Assembly (NCBI GenBank): GCA_036149055.1
Contig: JAYZQJ010000174.1
Location: 1-15,576 of the forward strand
DNA: 15,576 bases
Direction of reading: 5' to 3'
Origin: Myxococcota bacterium
GTDB lineage: Bacteria; Myxococcota_A; Polyangia; Polyangiales; Sandaracinaceae
Shown here piece after piece: positions 1 to 8,337 of this stretch. The translations under genes were made by a program, and so were the position numbers. Below the pieces are notes generated by a model. It searched no databases and was not told the DNA's origin. It saw only the letters and a list, made by a program, of their open reading frames with translations. The stretch's first letter is position 1; each line of letters opens with the position of its first letter.

Positions 1-173
1 TCGGGCGGGGGCGGGACGTCGGCGTCGGGCCGGGGCGTCGGGCCCGCGTCGGGGCGGGGGGCGTCGCCGTCGAGCGTGACCTGGACCCCCGCGTCTTCGT
101 CCGGGCCCCCGACCGTCAGGCTGCCCGTGCAGCCGACGAGCGCGAGGGCCACCGTCCATCCCCAGCGTCGCAT
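1..173 (-). CDS. Putative lipoprotein, N-terminal part only (runs off the left edge); Pro/Asp-rich linker
   Basis: My manual translation of the minus strand from ATG 173 gives MRRWGWTVALALVG-CTGSLTVGGPDEDAGVQVTLDGDAPRPDAGPTPRPDADVPPP. This shows a lipobox (LVGC) and DAG/Pro-rich low-complexity sequence. An in-frame ATG also exists at 206, but TATTCT 8 nt before 173 favours 173. Not in the ORF track. Confidence 0.65.
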   Translation of the reverse strand, partial: MRRWGWTVALALVGCTGSLTVGGPDEDAGVQVTLDGDAPRPDAGPTPRPDADVPPPP

Positions 174-213
174 CGAGGAGGAGAATAGCGAGGTCGGCGC
201 GGCCATGCAGAGG

Positions 214-570
214 CTACGGGAGGCAGAGGCGCATGGTTCGGTCGGCGCCCTCGACCTCGGTGCAGGCGAAGCCCGCGTAGCAGTCGGCCGACGCGGCGCA
301 GCGCGAGGCGCAGAAGAAGGTCTCGGTCGGGTCGCCCTCGAGCGCGACGCAGGCGCCGCCCTCGGGGCAGTCGGCGTCGCTCGCGCAGGCGGGCGTGCAC
401 AGGGCGCCGTCGCCCTCGGTCCCGTCGGAGCGGGTGAAGAGGACCCGGGTGCAGCGGTCCTCGGCGCGACCGCAGTCGAGGTCGTCGCCGCAGCCGGCGT
501 AGGTGGGCGCGTTGGCGCCGCAGCCCGCGGCCACCATCAACGCCGCGGCGACGAGGAGCCCGCGCGTCAC
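214..570 (-). CDS. Small cysteine-rich lipoprotein (118 aa, three 4-Cys repeats)
   Basis: C-terminal part of track ORF 214..1146. The GTG start at 570 overlaps the TGA of the upstream gene (GTGA, 570-567). Signal peptide with lipobox (LLVAAALMVAAG-C) is followed by 12 Cys in three repeats beginning CGDDLDC, CASDADC and CAASADC. Confidence 0.8.
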   Translation of the reverse strand: MTRGLLVAAALMVAAGCGANAPTYAGCGDDLDCGRAEDRCTRVLFTRSDGTEGDGALCTPACASDADCPEGGACVALEGDPTETFFCASRCAASADCYAGFACTEVEGADRTMRLCLP

Positions 571-1109
571 CGGCGCATCGAGCCGCGGGCGGCGGTGGTC
601 ACGAAGTGGCCGTGCGGCCAGTGGCGGTAGTGCTCGGCCTGGATGACCGGCCCGGTCTCCTCGTTGCCGGCGTCCATGACGTGGCCGTAGACCTTCACCA
701 GCGAGCCGACCCAGAGGCGCTCGGGCCCGTCCTGGAGGTCCTCCCCGCGCAGGGTCAGCAGCACCTCGAAGGGCCCGACCGGGCGCTCGGAGACCGTGAC
801 CCGGCAGGATCCGGCGGTCTCGTCGGCGCAGAGGTGTCGCTCCTGATGGGGCCGGAGCTGCAGCCGGAGGCGGGCCTCGCCGCTGTCGCGGTTGAGCTCG
901 ACGATCTCCTCGACGGTGCCGAACCAGCCGAGCAGGTCCTCGGCGTGCCGGTCCGGGAAGCGGCGCACGTCCTCGTAGGAGAGGTCGGCCTCGCGCTCGT
1001 AGTAAGGGCCCTCGTCCCCGTGGGTGGTGTAGGTGCGGGCGTATCCGTAGCGTCCGCCACCGCAGGCGGTGAGGAGGGCGATCGCGGCCAGGAGGAGCGT
1101 CTTCTGCAT
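567..1109 (-). CDS. Lipoprotein, possibly a divergent Slp-family outer-membrane lipoprotein
   Basis: Lipobox LLTA-C. The motif order SYEDVRRFP..WFGTV..GPF..GSLVKVYGHV..PVIQAEHYRHW resembles by eye the Slp-family pattern (V..P..WGG.I..GRF..G..VTV.G.V..P.I....LW). Confidence 0.75.
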   Translation of the reverse strand: MQKTLLLAAIALLTACGGGRYGYARTYTTHGDEGPYYEREADLSYEDVRRFPDRHAEDLLGWFGTVEEIVELNRDSGEARLRLQLRPHQERHLCADETAGSCRVTVSERPVGPFEVLLTLRGEDLQDGPERLWVGSLVKVYGHVMDAGNEETGPVIQAEHYRHWPHGHFVTTAARGSMRR

Positions 1110-1248
1110 GCGCGCCCGAGCGTACCGACCGGGGCGCCCAAATCAACCGGACCCACGCACGGACCTCCCTTGCGCCCCCGGGCGGTGCCCCCTACGGTTC
1201 GCGCCGCGGTGACCCTACTTCCACGGGTCCCAGCTGGAGGTCACGAGC

Positions 1249-2733
1249 ATGCCGGGCAGCGTCACACCGGGTTTCGCCTTCGACGAGCCGCTCATCTTCG
1301 AGCGCGGCACGCCGGGTCGCGACGGCTCTTCGAGCCCGTCCCTCGACGTCCCCGCGGCCGATCCCGCGGCCCTCTTCGGCGACCTGCACCGCACCGAGGC
1401 CGCCCACCTGCCCGAGGTGAGCGAGCCGGAGGCCTTCCGCCACTACGTGCGCCTGAGCCAGTCGAACTACGCGATCGACAACGTCATGTACCCGCTCGGG
1501 TCGTGCACGATGAAGTACAACCCGAAGGTCAACGAGTGGGCCGCCCGCCTGCCCGGCTTCGCGCGGCTGCACCCCTACGCGCCCGAGCGGATGTGGCAGG
1601 GGGCCCTCGAGCTGATGTTCCGACTCGAGCGCGGCCTCGCCGAGGTCGTCGGCCTCGACCGCGTGACCCTCCAGCCGGCGGCCGGCGCCCAGGGCGAGCT
1701 GACCGGGCTGATGATGATCCGGAAGTGGCACGAGGCGCAGGGCCGCAGCCCCAAGAAGGTGCTCGTGCCCGAGACCGCGCACGGGACCAACCCGGCGTCG
1801 TGCGCGCTCAACGGCCTGAAGGCGGTGCCCTTCCCGGCCGGCGAGGACGGCGTCGTGCACGCCGAGCAGCTGGCCTCGCACGTCGACGACGACGTCGCCG
1901 CCATCATGCTCACCAACCCGAACACGGTCGGCCTGTTCGAGCGGGAGCTGCCGCAGATCGCGCAGATGCTCCACGACAAGGGCGCCCTGGTCTACGGCGA
2001 CGGCGCGAACCTCAACGCGCTCATGGGGCGCGCGCGGCCGGGCGACCTCGGCATCGACGTGATGCAGTTCAACCTGCACAAGACCTTCACCACGCCCCAC
2101 GGCGGCGGCGGCCCCGGGTGCGGCCCGGTGGCCTACAAGAAGACGCTCGCCCCCTTCGCGCCGGCCCCGACGGTCGAGCGCAAGGAGGACGGCACCTTCT
2201 ACCTGGACCACGACCGCCCCGAGTCGATCGGCCGGCTCCGCTCGTTCTACGGCAACTTCGGCATGATGGTGCGGGCCTACGCCTACCTCCGCGAGATGGG
2301 CGCCGAAGGCCTGCAGCGCGCGACCGAGCTCGCCGTGCTCAACGCGAACTACCTCCGCGCGCTCCTCGGCCAGACCTGGCACGTCGCCTACGACCAGGTC
2401 TGCATGCACGAGGTGATCATCAGCGACAAGCACCTCAAGGACACCGGCGTCACCACGATGGACGTCGCCAAGCGCCTGCTGGACCACGGCTTCCACGCCC
2501 CGACGGTGTACTTCCCGCTGGTGGTGAAGGGCGCGATGCTGGTCGAGCCGACCGAGACGGAGACCAAGGAGACGCTCGACCGCTTCGTGCAGGCGATGAG
2601 CGAGATCAGCGCCGAGGCGCTCTCCGACGCCGAGAAGGTCAAGACCGCGCCGCACGTCACCCGGCACCGCCGGCTCGACGAGACCCGCGCGGCCCGCAAG
2701 CCCGTCCTCCGCTGGCAGCCCTCCAACGATTGA
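1249..2733 (+). CDS. gcvPB: Glycine dehydrogenase (decarboxylating) subunit 2, glycine cleavage P-protein beta chain
   Basis: 494 aa. Motifs YPLGSCTMKYNP, LQPAAGAQGE, AHGTNPAS, DGANLNA, NLHKTF (PLP lysine), PHGGGGPG, PTVYFPL, EPTETE. GGAGG SD at 1236-1240. Confidence 0.97.
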   Translation: MPGSVTPGFAFDEPLIFERGTPGRDGSSSPSLDVPAADPAALFGDLHRTEAAHLPEVSEPEAFRHYVRLSQSNYAIDNVMYPLGSCTMKYNPKVNEWAARLPGFARLHPYAPERMWQGALELMFRLERGLAEVVGLDRVTLQPAAGAQGELTGLMMIRKWHEAQGRSPKKVLVPETAHGTNPASCALNGLKAVPFPAGEDGVVHAEQLASHVDDDVAAIMLTNPNTVGLFERELPQIAQMLHDKGALVYGDGANLNALMGRARPGDLGIDVMQFNLHKTFTTPHGGGGPGCGPVAYKKTLAPFAPAPTVERKEDGTFYLDHDRPESIGRLRSFYGNFGMMVRAYAYLREMGAEGLQRATELAVLNANYLRALLGQTWHVAYDQVCMHEVIISDKHLKDTGVTTMDVAKRLLDHGFHAPTVYFPLVVKGAMLVEPTETETKETLDRFVQAMSEISAEALSDAEKVKTAPHVTRHRRLDETRAARKPVLRWQPSND

Positions 2734-2812
2734 ATCGCGGGCCGTTCTCATCCGTCCGCCGAGGGTTCCCCCTACCCTCCCGGCGCTCCCCGCCGTACCC
2801 TCGACGGACAGG

Positions 2813-3367
2813 ATGATGCGACACGCCTCCCACCTCGCCGCCCTCGCGCTCCTCGCGCCGATCCTCTTCGTCAGCCCGAGCGCCGGCCAGGGCACGCAGC
2901 CCAGCCCGTCGCTGAACGGGACGTGGCAGCTCGAGGGCACGCTCCAGGAGAACCAGGCGCGCGTGCAGCAGACCGTCGAGCAGGCGATCGCGACGCTCAC
3001 CCCGGACATCCAGCGGCTGGCCCGGGCCCGCATCGCCGAGACGACGCAGGTGCCGACCGCGATCGCGATCCAGGCGGCGCCGAGCCAGATCCGGGTCGAG
3101 TACCGCGGCGAGGGCGGCCGCACCTTCGAGACCCCGCCCGGTCAGGCCCAGAACGTCTTCAGCCGGAGCGGCGTGCGCGCCCGCATGACGCAGCTCTTTC
3201 GCCCGGACGGCGGCATCGAGCAGCAGTTCCGCGCCACCGACGGGATGCAGTACAACTTCCTCATCCCGCAGCCCGACGGCCAGCACCTCAACCTCGACGT
3301 GCTGATGCAGAGCCCGCGCCTCCCGAGCGACCTGCGCTTCCGCGTCGCCTACCGCAAGACGCAGTAG
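2813..3367 (+). CDS. Secreted hypothetical protein (184 aa)
   Basis: Hydrophobic signal peptide (LAALALLAPILFVSPSAG). Codon usage and composition are protein-like. LNGTWQLE near the mature N-terminus is a beta-barrel-like motif, but no family can be assigned. Confidence 0.75.
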   Translation: MMRHASHLAALALLAPILFVSPSAGQGTQPSPSLNGTWQLEGTLQENQARVQQTVEQAIATLTPDIQRLARARIAETTQVPTAIAIQAAPSQIRVEYRGEGGRTFETPPGQAQNVFSRSGVRARMTQLFRPDGGIEQQFRATDGMQYNFLIPQPDGQHLNLDVLMQSPRLPSDLRFRVAYRKTQ

Positions 3368-3384
3368 CCGACGCAGTAGCGCGG

Positions 3385-4893
3385 TCAGTCGTCACTCGGA
3401 GCGGGCGCGCGGGGAGCGCCGTCGGGGGCGAGCACGAGCGCCCGGGTGACCTCGGCGTCGCGGAAGACGAGCAGCGCGCCGCCGCGGTGGGGGAGGAGCA
3501 GCGGGCGCGCCATCGGGCCGAGGCGCGCGAGGTGGAGGGGGCCGTCGCCGCGGCGGGCGAAGGTCGGCAGCCCGTCGCCGTGGAAGACGTGGAGGAGGTC
3601 GTCGCCGAGGTCGATGGAGGCGGTCTGCCAGCCGGCGTCCCAGGGCGGCGTGGGCGCGAGGGGCGCGCTCGCGCAGCCGTCGGCGCGGCAGCGGGTGAGG
3701 GCGCCGGACTCCTCGTCGAGGAAGGAGACGGCGTCCGCGAGGCAGCGGGGGCGCACGCCGCGGAGCTCCACCCGGTGGGCCGCGTCGTCGATGGACACGA
3801 CGAAGGCGCCGTCCGCGTCCCAGACCAGCGCGCGGGCGCCGCCGAGGGCGCAGGCGGCGCGCAGCAGGCCGTGCGCCTCGAGGGGCTCGGGATCCGACGG
3901 GAAGCGCTCGGTCCACGGGTGCAGGTGCAGGAGCGCGCGCTTGCCCGGCTCCTCCCAGCGGACGGCGGCGAAGCCGGGGGCCATGAGCGCGTCGACCGGC
4001 TCGGCGCCGAGGAAGGGCGCCTCGAGCTCGCGCGTCTCGGCCTCGGCGTCGGCCAGGTGGATCGCGAGGAGCGGCTTGCCCTCCTGCTGGAGGCGCCAGC
4101 CGATCACCCCGTCGGCGCGCGCGTAGGCGGGGCGCACCGTCTCGGCGAGCGACTCTCCGGCCGCGTCGCGCAGCGTGCCCTGGTCTTCGCCGCCGGCCGC
4201 GGAGAGGAAGTCGTAGACGATGACCGGCGCGCCCTCGTCGCGCGGCAGCGGCCGGAGCGACGCGCGCCCCTCCACCAGGAACGGCGCGCCGCAGTCGAGG
4301 TCGGGCCCCTCCGCCCGCAGCGCGCAGACCTGAGCGCGGGTGGTCTCGCCCTCGGGCGCGCCGAGCACGAGCGAGACGCCGGGCGCGTCCTCGAAGGCGC
4401 GCTCGTCCGCGCCGATCAGCTCGAGGCCCGGCGGCGGCGCGTCGAACGCCGGCGGGAGGGCCGGCGCCTCGGAGGCGGCGGCCGCCGGGAGCTCCAGCGC
4501 CCGCGCCGCGGTCACCAGCCCGCTCACCTCGTCGCGCCACGCGTCCTCTCCCCACGCGATGGCGGGGCTCGCGGCGAAGTCGTCGGCACCGAGGCCGGCC
4601 GCCCGGAGCTGCTCCACGAGGGAGGCGCGGTGAGGGTCGCAGCGCTCCGGCCACTCGCTCGGCGCGACGCGCTCCCGGAGCGCCGCGCCCTCCGCCCGCG
4701 CGACCGCCGCGTCGGCCTCGAGCCCGGGCTCGCCGAACAGGCACGCCTCCCAGCGGGCGAGGTGGGCGGCGGCGGCCTCGCGGGCGAGCGCCTCGGCGCG
4801 CGGCCCGGTCCACCACCACCAGCCGACGCCGGCGGCCACCGCGAAGGCGATCAGGGTGACGAAGTAGGCCGTGGAGCGACGGACGGAGGACAT
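3385..4893 (-). CDS. Membrane-anchored hypothetical protein (502 aa)
   Basis: N-terminal TM segment (YFVTLIAFAVAAGVGWWWW). Realistic composition compared with the Arg/Pro-rich overlapping frames. It fills the gap between neighbours, with TATGCT 9 nt upstream of the ATG. Confidence 0.75.
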   Translation of the reverse strand: MSSVRRSTAYFVTLIAFAVAAGVGWWWWTGPRAEALAREAAAAHLARWEACLFGEPGLEADAAVARAEGAALRERVAPSEWPERCDPHRASLVEQLRAAGLGADDFAASPAIAWGEDAWRDEVSGLVTAARALELPAAAASEAPALPPAFDAPPPGLELIGADERAFEDAPGVSLVLGAPEGETTRAQVCALRAEGPDLDCGAPFLVEGRASLRPLPRDEGAPVIVYDFLSAAGGEDQGTLRDAAGESLAETVRPAYARADGVIGWRLQQEGKPLLAIHLADAEAETRELEAPFLGAEPVDALMAPGFAAVRWEEPGKRALLHLHPWTERFPSDPEPLEAHGLLRAACALGGARALVWDADGAFVVSIDDAAHRVELRGVRPRCLADAVSFLDEESGALTRCRADGCASAPLAPTPPWDAGWQTASIDLGDDLLHVFHGDGLPTFARRGDGPLHLARLGPMARPLLLPHRGGALLVFRDAEVTRALVLAPDGAPRAPAPSDD

Positions 4894-4943
4894 GGTCGTC
4901 GGAGCATAGAAGCCTCGGCGCTCGAATTGCAGAGCCGCACCGC

Positions 4944-6671
4944 ATGAGCCCCTCTGACGCGCCTCGCGCGCGAGATCATTCGCATTCCCGACACAGCCCC
5001 ACGGTGGCGTCCCGCCTCGCGCGTCGCGTTCTGCCGCAGCTCCTCGCGCTCACCGCGCTGGGATGCGCGGTCCCGCTGGGGGAGGCGGCGGAGCTCGCCG
5101 CGCAGGGCGGCGAGGAGCAGCTGCGTCCCCAGATGCGCCCGGTGCGCGGCGGCGAGCGGGTGCTGGTGATCGCGCTCGACGGGGTCGGCGACGGAGCCCT
5201 CCGGGCGGCGCTCGCCGCGGGTCGGCTCCCGGCGCTGAGCGAGCGGCTCGGGCCGGAGATCGGCGAGCACACCCACGCCCACGGCTACGCGGCGCCGCAC
5301 GTGCTGACCACCCTCCCCTCGACCACGATGGCCGCCTGGGCGACGGTCGTGACCGGGGCGCCGCCGGCCGAGACCGGGGTGCCCGGCAACGAGTGGTTCG
5401 ACCGCACCGAGCGCCGCTTCCACGCCCCGGCGCCGGTGTCGGTGACCGGCTCGACCCACGTGCTGCAGAGCTTCACCGAGGGCTGGCTCGGCCGTCAGGT
5501 GCAGACCGCGACCCTCTTCGAGCGCGCGAACGTACGGTCGCACGTCTCATTGCTGCCGATCCACCGGGGCGCCGACCTGCTGACCACCCCGAGCGGCCTC
5601 GACCTCTTCCAGATCCTCAGCATCATCCCGGAGGGCATCTTCTCGAGCCACGGCTTCACCGGCGAGGCGTACATCGAGATGGACGAGGAGTCGGTCGGCG
5701 AGATCCTCGACGGCTTCGAGGACCACGGCATCCCCGATCTGCAGATCGCGTACTTCCCGGGCGTCGACCTGATCGCGCACGCGTCGAACCCGCCCCTCGA
5801 GGTGCAGCAGAATCACCTCGAGACGGTCATCGCGCCGGGCCTCGCCCAGATCCTCGACGCCTACGCGCGCGCCGGGGTCCTCGAGGACACCTGGATCATC
5901 GTCGTCGCCGACCACGGCCACACCCCGGTGCAGCACGACGACGAGCACGCGCTCGGCACCGACCCCGAGACCGACCCGCCGGCCGTGCTGACCGAGGTGG
6001 GCTTCCGGGTGCGCCCGCCGCAGCTGACGGTGAACACCGACGACTACTCGGCGGTGCTCGCCTACCAGGGCGCCTTCGCCTACGTCTACCTCGCCGACCG
6101 CAGCACCTGCCCGGAGGCGGGCGATCGCTGCGACTGGAGCGCGCCGCCGCGCTTCGAGGAGGACGTCTTGCCGGTGGCGAACGCCTTCCTCACCTCGAGC
6201 CGACACGGCCGGCCGGTGGCGGCGCTCGAGGGGAAGCTGGAGCTGGTGCTCGCGCGGCGCCCGGTGCCGGTCGGCGAGACCCCGGAGCCGTTCTCGGTGC
6301 TCGACGGCGGAGAGCTCGTGCCGATCCGGCGCTGGCTCGCCGCGCACCCGCGCCCGGACTGGCTGCGCTTCGAGGAGCGCATGCGCGATCTCGCGGTGGG
6401 TCCGCACGGGCACCTCGCGGGCGACGTGCTGCTCGTCTCGCGCCTGTCGCCGACCGACCCGATCGAGACCCGCTCCTACTTCTCGGGGCCCTACCACTCG
6501 TGGCACGGGAGCCCGACCGCGCTCGACTCGGAGGTGCCGCTCCTCGTGATCCGTCCGGGCGGCGACGGAGAGGCGGTCCGGCGGCGCGTGGAGCGAGTGC
6601 TCGGCGACGACCGCTCCACCGAGCGCTTCGTGCCGCTCGTCCTCGACCTGCTTCAGAGCGCGTCGAGGTAG
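4944..6671 (+). CDS. Alkaline phosphatase superfamily protein (type I phosphodiesterase/nucleotide pyrophosphatase-like), probable lipoprotein
   Basis: Metal-binding and catalytic motifs VIALDG, LPSTT...TG...TGVPGN, DLIAH, VADHGH, WHGS. Lipobox-like LALTALG-C. The true start may be GTG at 5004. Confidence 0.88.
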   Translation: MSPSDAPRARDHSHSRHSPTVASRLARRVLPQLLALTALGCAVPLGEAAELAAQGGEEQLRPQMRPVRGGERVLVIALDGVGDGALRAALAAGRLPALSERLGPEIGEHTHAHGYAAPHVLTTLPSTTMAAWATVVTGAPPAETGVPGNEWFDRTERRFHAPAPVSVTGSTHVLQSFTEGWLGRQVQTATLFERANVRSHVSLLPIHRGADLLTTPSGLDLFQILSIIPEGIFSSHGFTGEAYIEMDEESVGEILDGFEDHGIPDLQIAYFPGVDLIAHASNPPLEVQQNHLETVIAPGLAQILDAYARAGVLEDTWIIVVADHGHTPVQHDDEHALGTDPETDPPAVLTEVGFRVRPPQLTVNTDDYSAVLAYQGAFAYVYLADRSTCPEAGDRCDWSAPPRFEEDVLPVANAFLTSSRHGRPVAALEGKLELVLARRPVPVGETPEPFSVLDGGELVPIRRWLAAHPRPDWLRFEERMRDLAVGPHGHLAGDVLLVSRLSPTDPIETRSYFSGPYHSWHGSPTALDSEVPLLVIRPGGDGEAVRRRVERVLGDDRSTERFVPLVLDLLQSASR

Positions 6672-7639
6672 GCGAGCACCGCGCAGGAGCTCTCCGGCGG
6701 ATCCTCCTCCTCGAGCACCCCGAAGCCGTGCCCCACGCCCGCCTGCTCGAGGTGCGCGTGCGGCGCGTCCGCGAGCGACGCGAGCGCGTGTTCGGTCACC
6801 TCCGGGGGCACGATGGCGTCGTCCTCCGCGGTGATGACGAGCAGCGGCGGATCGTCCTCGCCGGCGGCGGCGACGGGGCTGGCGAGGGTGGCGAGCTCCC
6901 GGGCCTCGTCGCGCGGCTTGCCGAGGAAGCGCGTGAAGAGCGCGTCGGCGCTGGGGTCCCAGGGCACCTCGGGGCGAATGTCCAGGGGCGGGTAGAACGC
7001 GACGGCGCCTCTCACGTCGGGCCGGCCGCCGTGGCCACACTCTCCGTCCAGCCGCGCGTCGTCCGCCTGCAGCGCGAGCGCCGCCGCGAGGTGCCCGCCG
7101 GCGCTGAACCCGATGGCCACGACGCGGTCGGGGTCGAGCCCGAGGTCGGCGGCCTCGGCGCGGAGGAAGCGCACCGCGCAGCGCGCGTCGGCCACCGGCG
7201 CCGGGAAGTCGGGCTCCTCGCGTCCGGCGAGCCGATACTCCACCCGCGCCGCCGCCCAGCCCGCAGCGCCGAGTCGCCGCCCGAGGCGCGCGAGGTGGTC
7301 CTCGTCGCCGCCCTGGAACGCGCCCCCGTGAAAGAGCACCGCGACGGGGTGCGGCCCCGGCCCGGTGGGCCGCGTCAGGTCGAGGTGCAGCCGCTTCCCC
7401 GCGGGCTCGGCGTAGATGTAGGGCCCATCGGTGCGGGTCTCGCCCTCGCGCGGGACCTCACAGGTCTTCCCGCCCCGCGCCGCCTCGAACGCCGCCCGCG
7501 CCGCCTCGAGCGGGGAGCGCTTCGCGTCGCCATCGCTGCTCTCCACTGTCGCGGGGGAAGCGGGCGCCTCCCCGCCGCAGCCGAGCAGGCCGCCTCCGAG
7601 CAGCGCGAGCGAGATGACCGTGAAACCGAGCGTTCGCAT
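6653..7639 (-). CDS. Alpha/beta hydrolase (HSL-like esterase/lipase), probable lipoprotein
   Basis: HGGA oxyanion loop, YRLA, GFSAGG nucleophile elbow, Asp in EDDAIVP and His in GHGF. I placed the start at ATG 7639 (MRTLGFTVISLALLGGGLLG-C, lipobox, GGAG just upstream) rather than 7732. Overlaps the 3' end of the convergent phosphodiesterase gene by 19 bp. Confidence 0.88.
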   Translation of the reverse strand: MRTLGFTVISLALLGGGLLGCGGEAPASPATVESSDGDAKRSPLEAARAAFEAARGGKTCEVPREGETRTDGPYIYAEPAGKRLHLDLTRPTGPGPHPVAVLFHGGAFQGGDEDHLARLGRRLGAAGWAAARVEYRLAGREEPDFPAPVADARCAVRFLRAEAADLGLDPDRVVAIGFSAGGHLAAALALQADDARLDGECGHGGRPDVRGAVAFYPPLDIRPEVPWDPSADALFTRFLGKPRDEARELATLASPVAAAGEDDPPLLVITAEDDAIVPPEVTEHALASLADAPHAHLEQAGVGHGFGVLEEEDPPESSCAVLAYLDAL

Positions 7640-7766
7640 GCGCTCCGCCGTTTCAGCCCCCGTGCCATCCCTCGTCGCCGCCTCCGACGCGCCCCGCCCT
7701 CCTCTTTCCCGCCTCCCTGTGCGCGCGCGCACGCCCCGCTTCTTTTTTGTGGGTTTCGGTCTTTTT

Positions 7767-8196
7767 GGGCTCTCGCAAAGGCGCGAAGGCGCAAAGATGT
7801 TCGGGGCGGCGGGGTGGAGGCTCGCCGGCTCGGGGCCTCACTGCCGACGGGGTGGCGGCTGTCTATTTGGCTCTCGCAGAGACGCGGAGGCGCAGAGGTC
7901 GGACTGGCAGCGGGGTGGAGGCTCGCCGGCTGGGTCCTGACTGCTGGCGGGCGGGCGGCTGTCTATTTGGCTCTCGCCAAGGCGCGAAGGCGCAAAGATG
8001 TTCGGGGCGGCGGGGTGGAGGCTCGCCGGCTCGGGCCTCACTGCCGGCGGGGTGGCGGCTGTCTTTATTTCTCACGCAAAGACGCAAAGACGCAAAGATG
8101 TTTGGGGGCGGCGGGGTGGGGGCTCGCCGGCTTGGACCTGTCTGCCGGCGGACGTGGCGACCGTCTACTTGACTCTCTGGGTCCTGACTGCCGGCG
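7767..8196 (+). repeat. Left tandem array: four ~100-bp units plus a core-deleted fifth unit
   Basis: 26-bp cores (TCTCGCAAAGGCGCGAAGGCGCAAAG and variants) at 7771, 7872, 7972 and 8072, spaced 101/100/100. Each is followed by GCGGGGTGGRGGCTCGCCGGCT...CTGC...GGCG..GTCT. 8171-8196 is a unit start joined directly to the unit's second half. Confidence 0.93.
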
Positions 8197-8262
8197 CGTG
8201 CACGCTGTCCTCACCGAGGCCCTCCACCTCGCCGCCACTTCCCCCCTCGTCGCCTTGGACTC

Positions 8263-8298
8263 GCCCGTGCCCGTGCCCCTGCCCGTGCCCTTGCCCGC
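8263..8298. repeat. Hexamer microsatellite (GCCCGT-like x6)
   Basis: gcccgt gcccgt gcccct gcccgt gccctt gcccgc, read directly. Confidence 0.85.
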
Positions 8299-8337
8299 GC
8301 GCAGGCCGCCATCGAACGTGAAGCACCCGCCGCCACC

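Noticed and set aside
1110..1248. Glycine riboswitch upstream of gcvPB
   Set aside because: The conserved GGAGA...CCGAAG...CUCUCAGG elements are not visible, and the gap is short and shared with a divergent gene.
7719..7748. Intrinsic terminator (palindrome GTGCGCGCGCGCAC followed by a T-run)
   Set aside because: The T-run is about 10 nt from the stem, and no plus-strand gene ends nearby.
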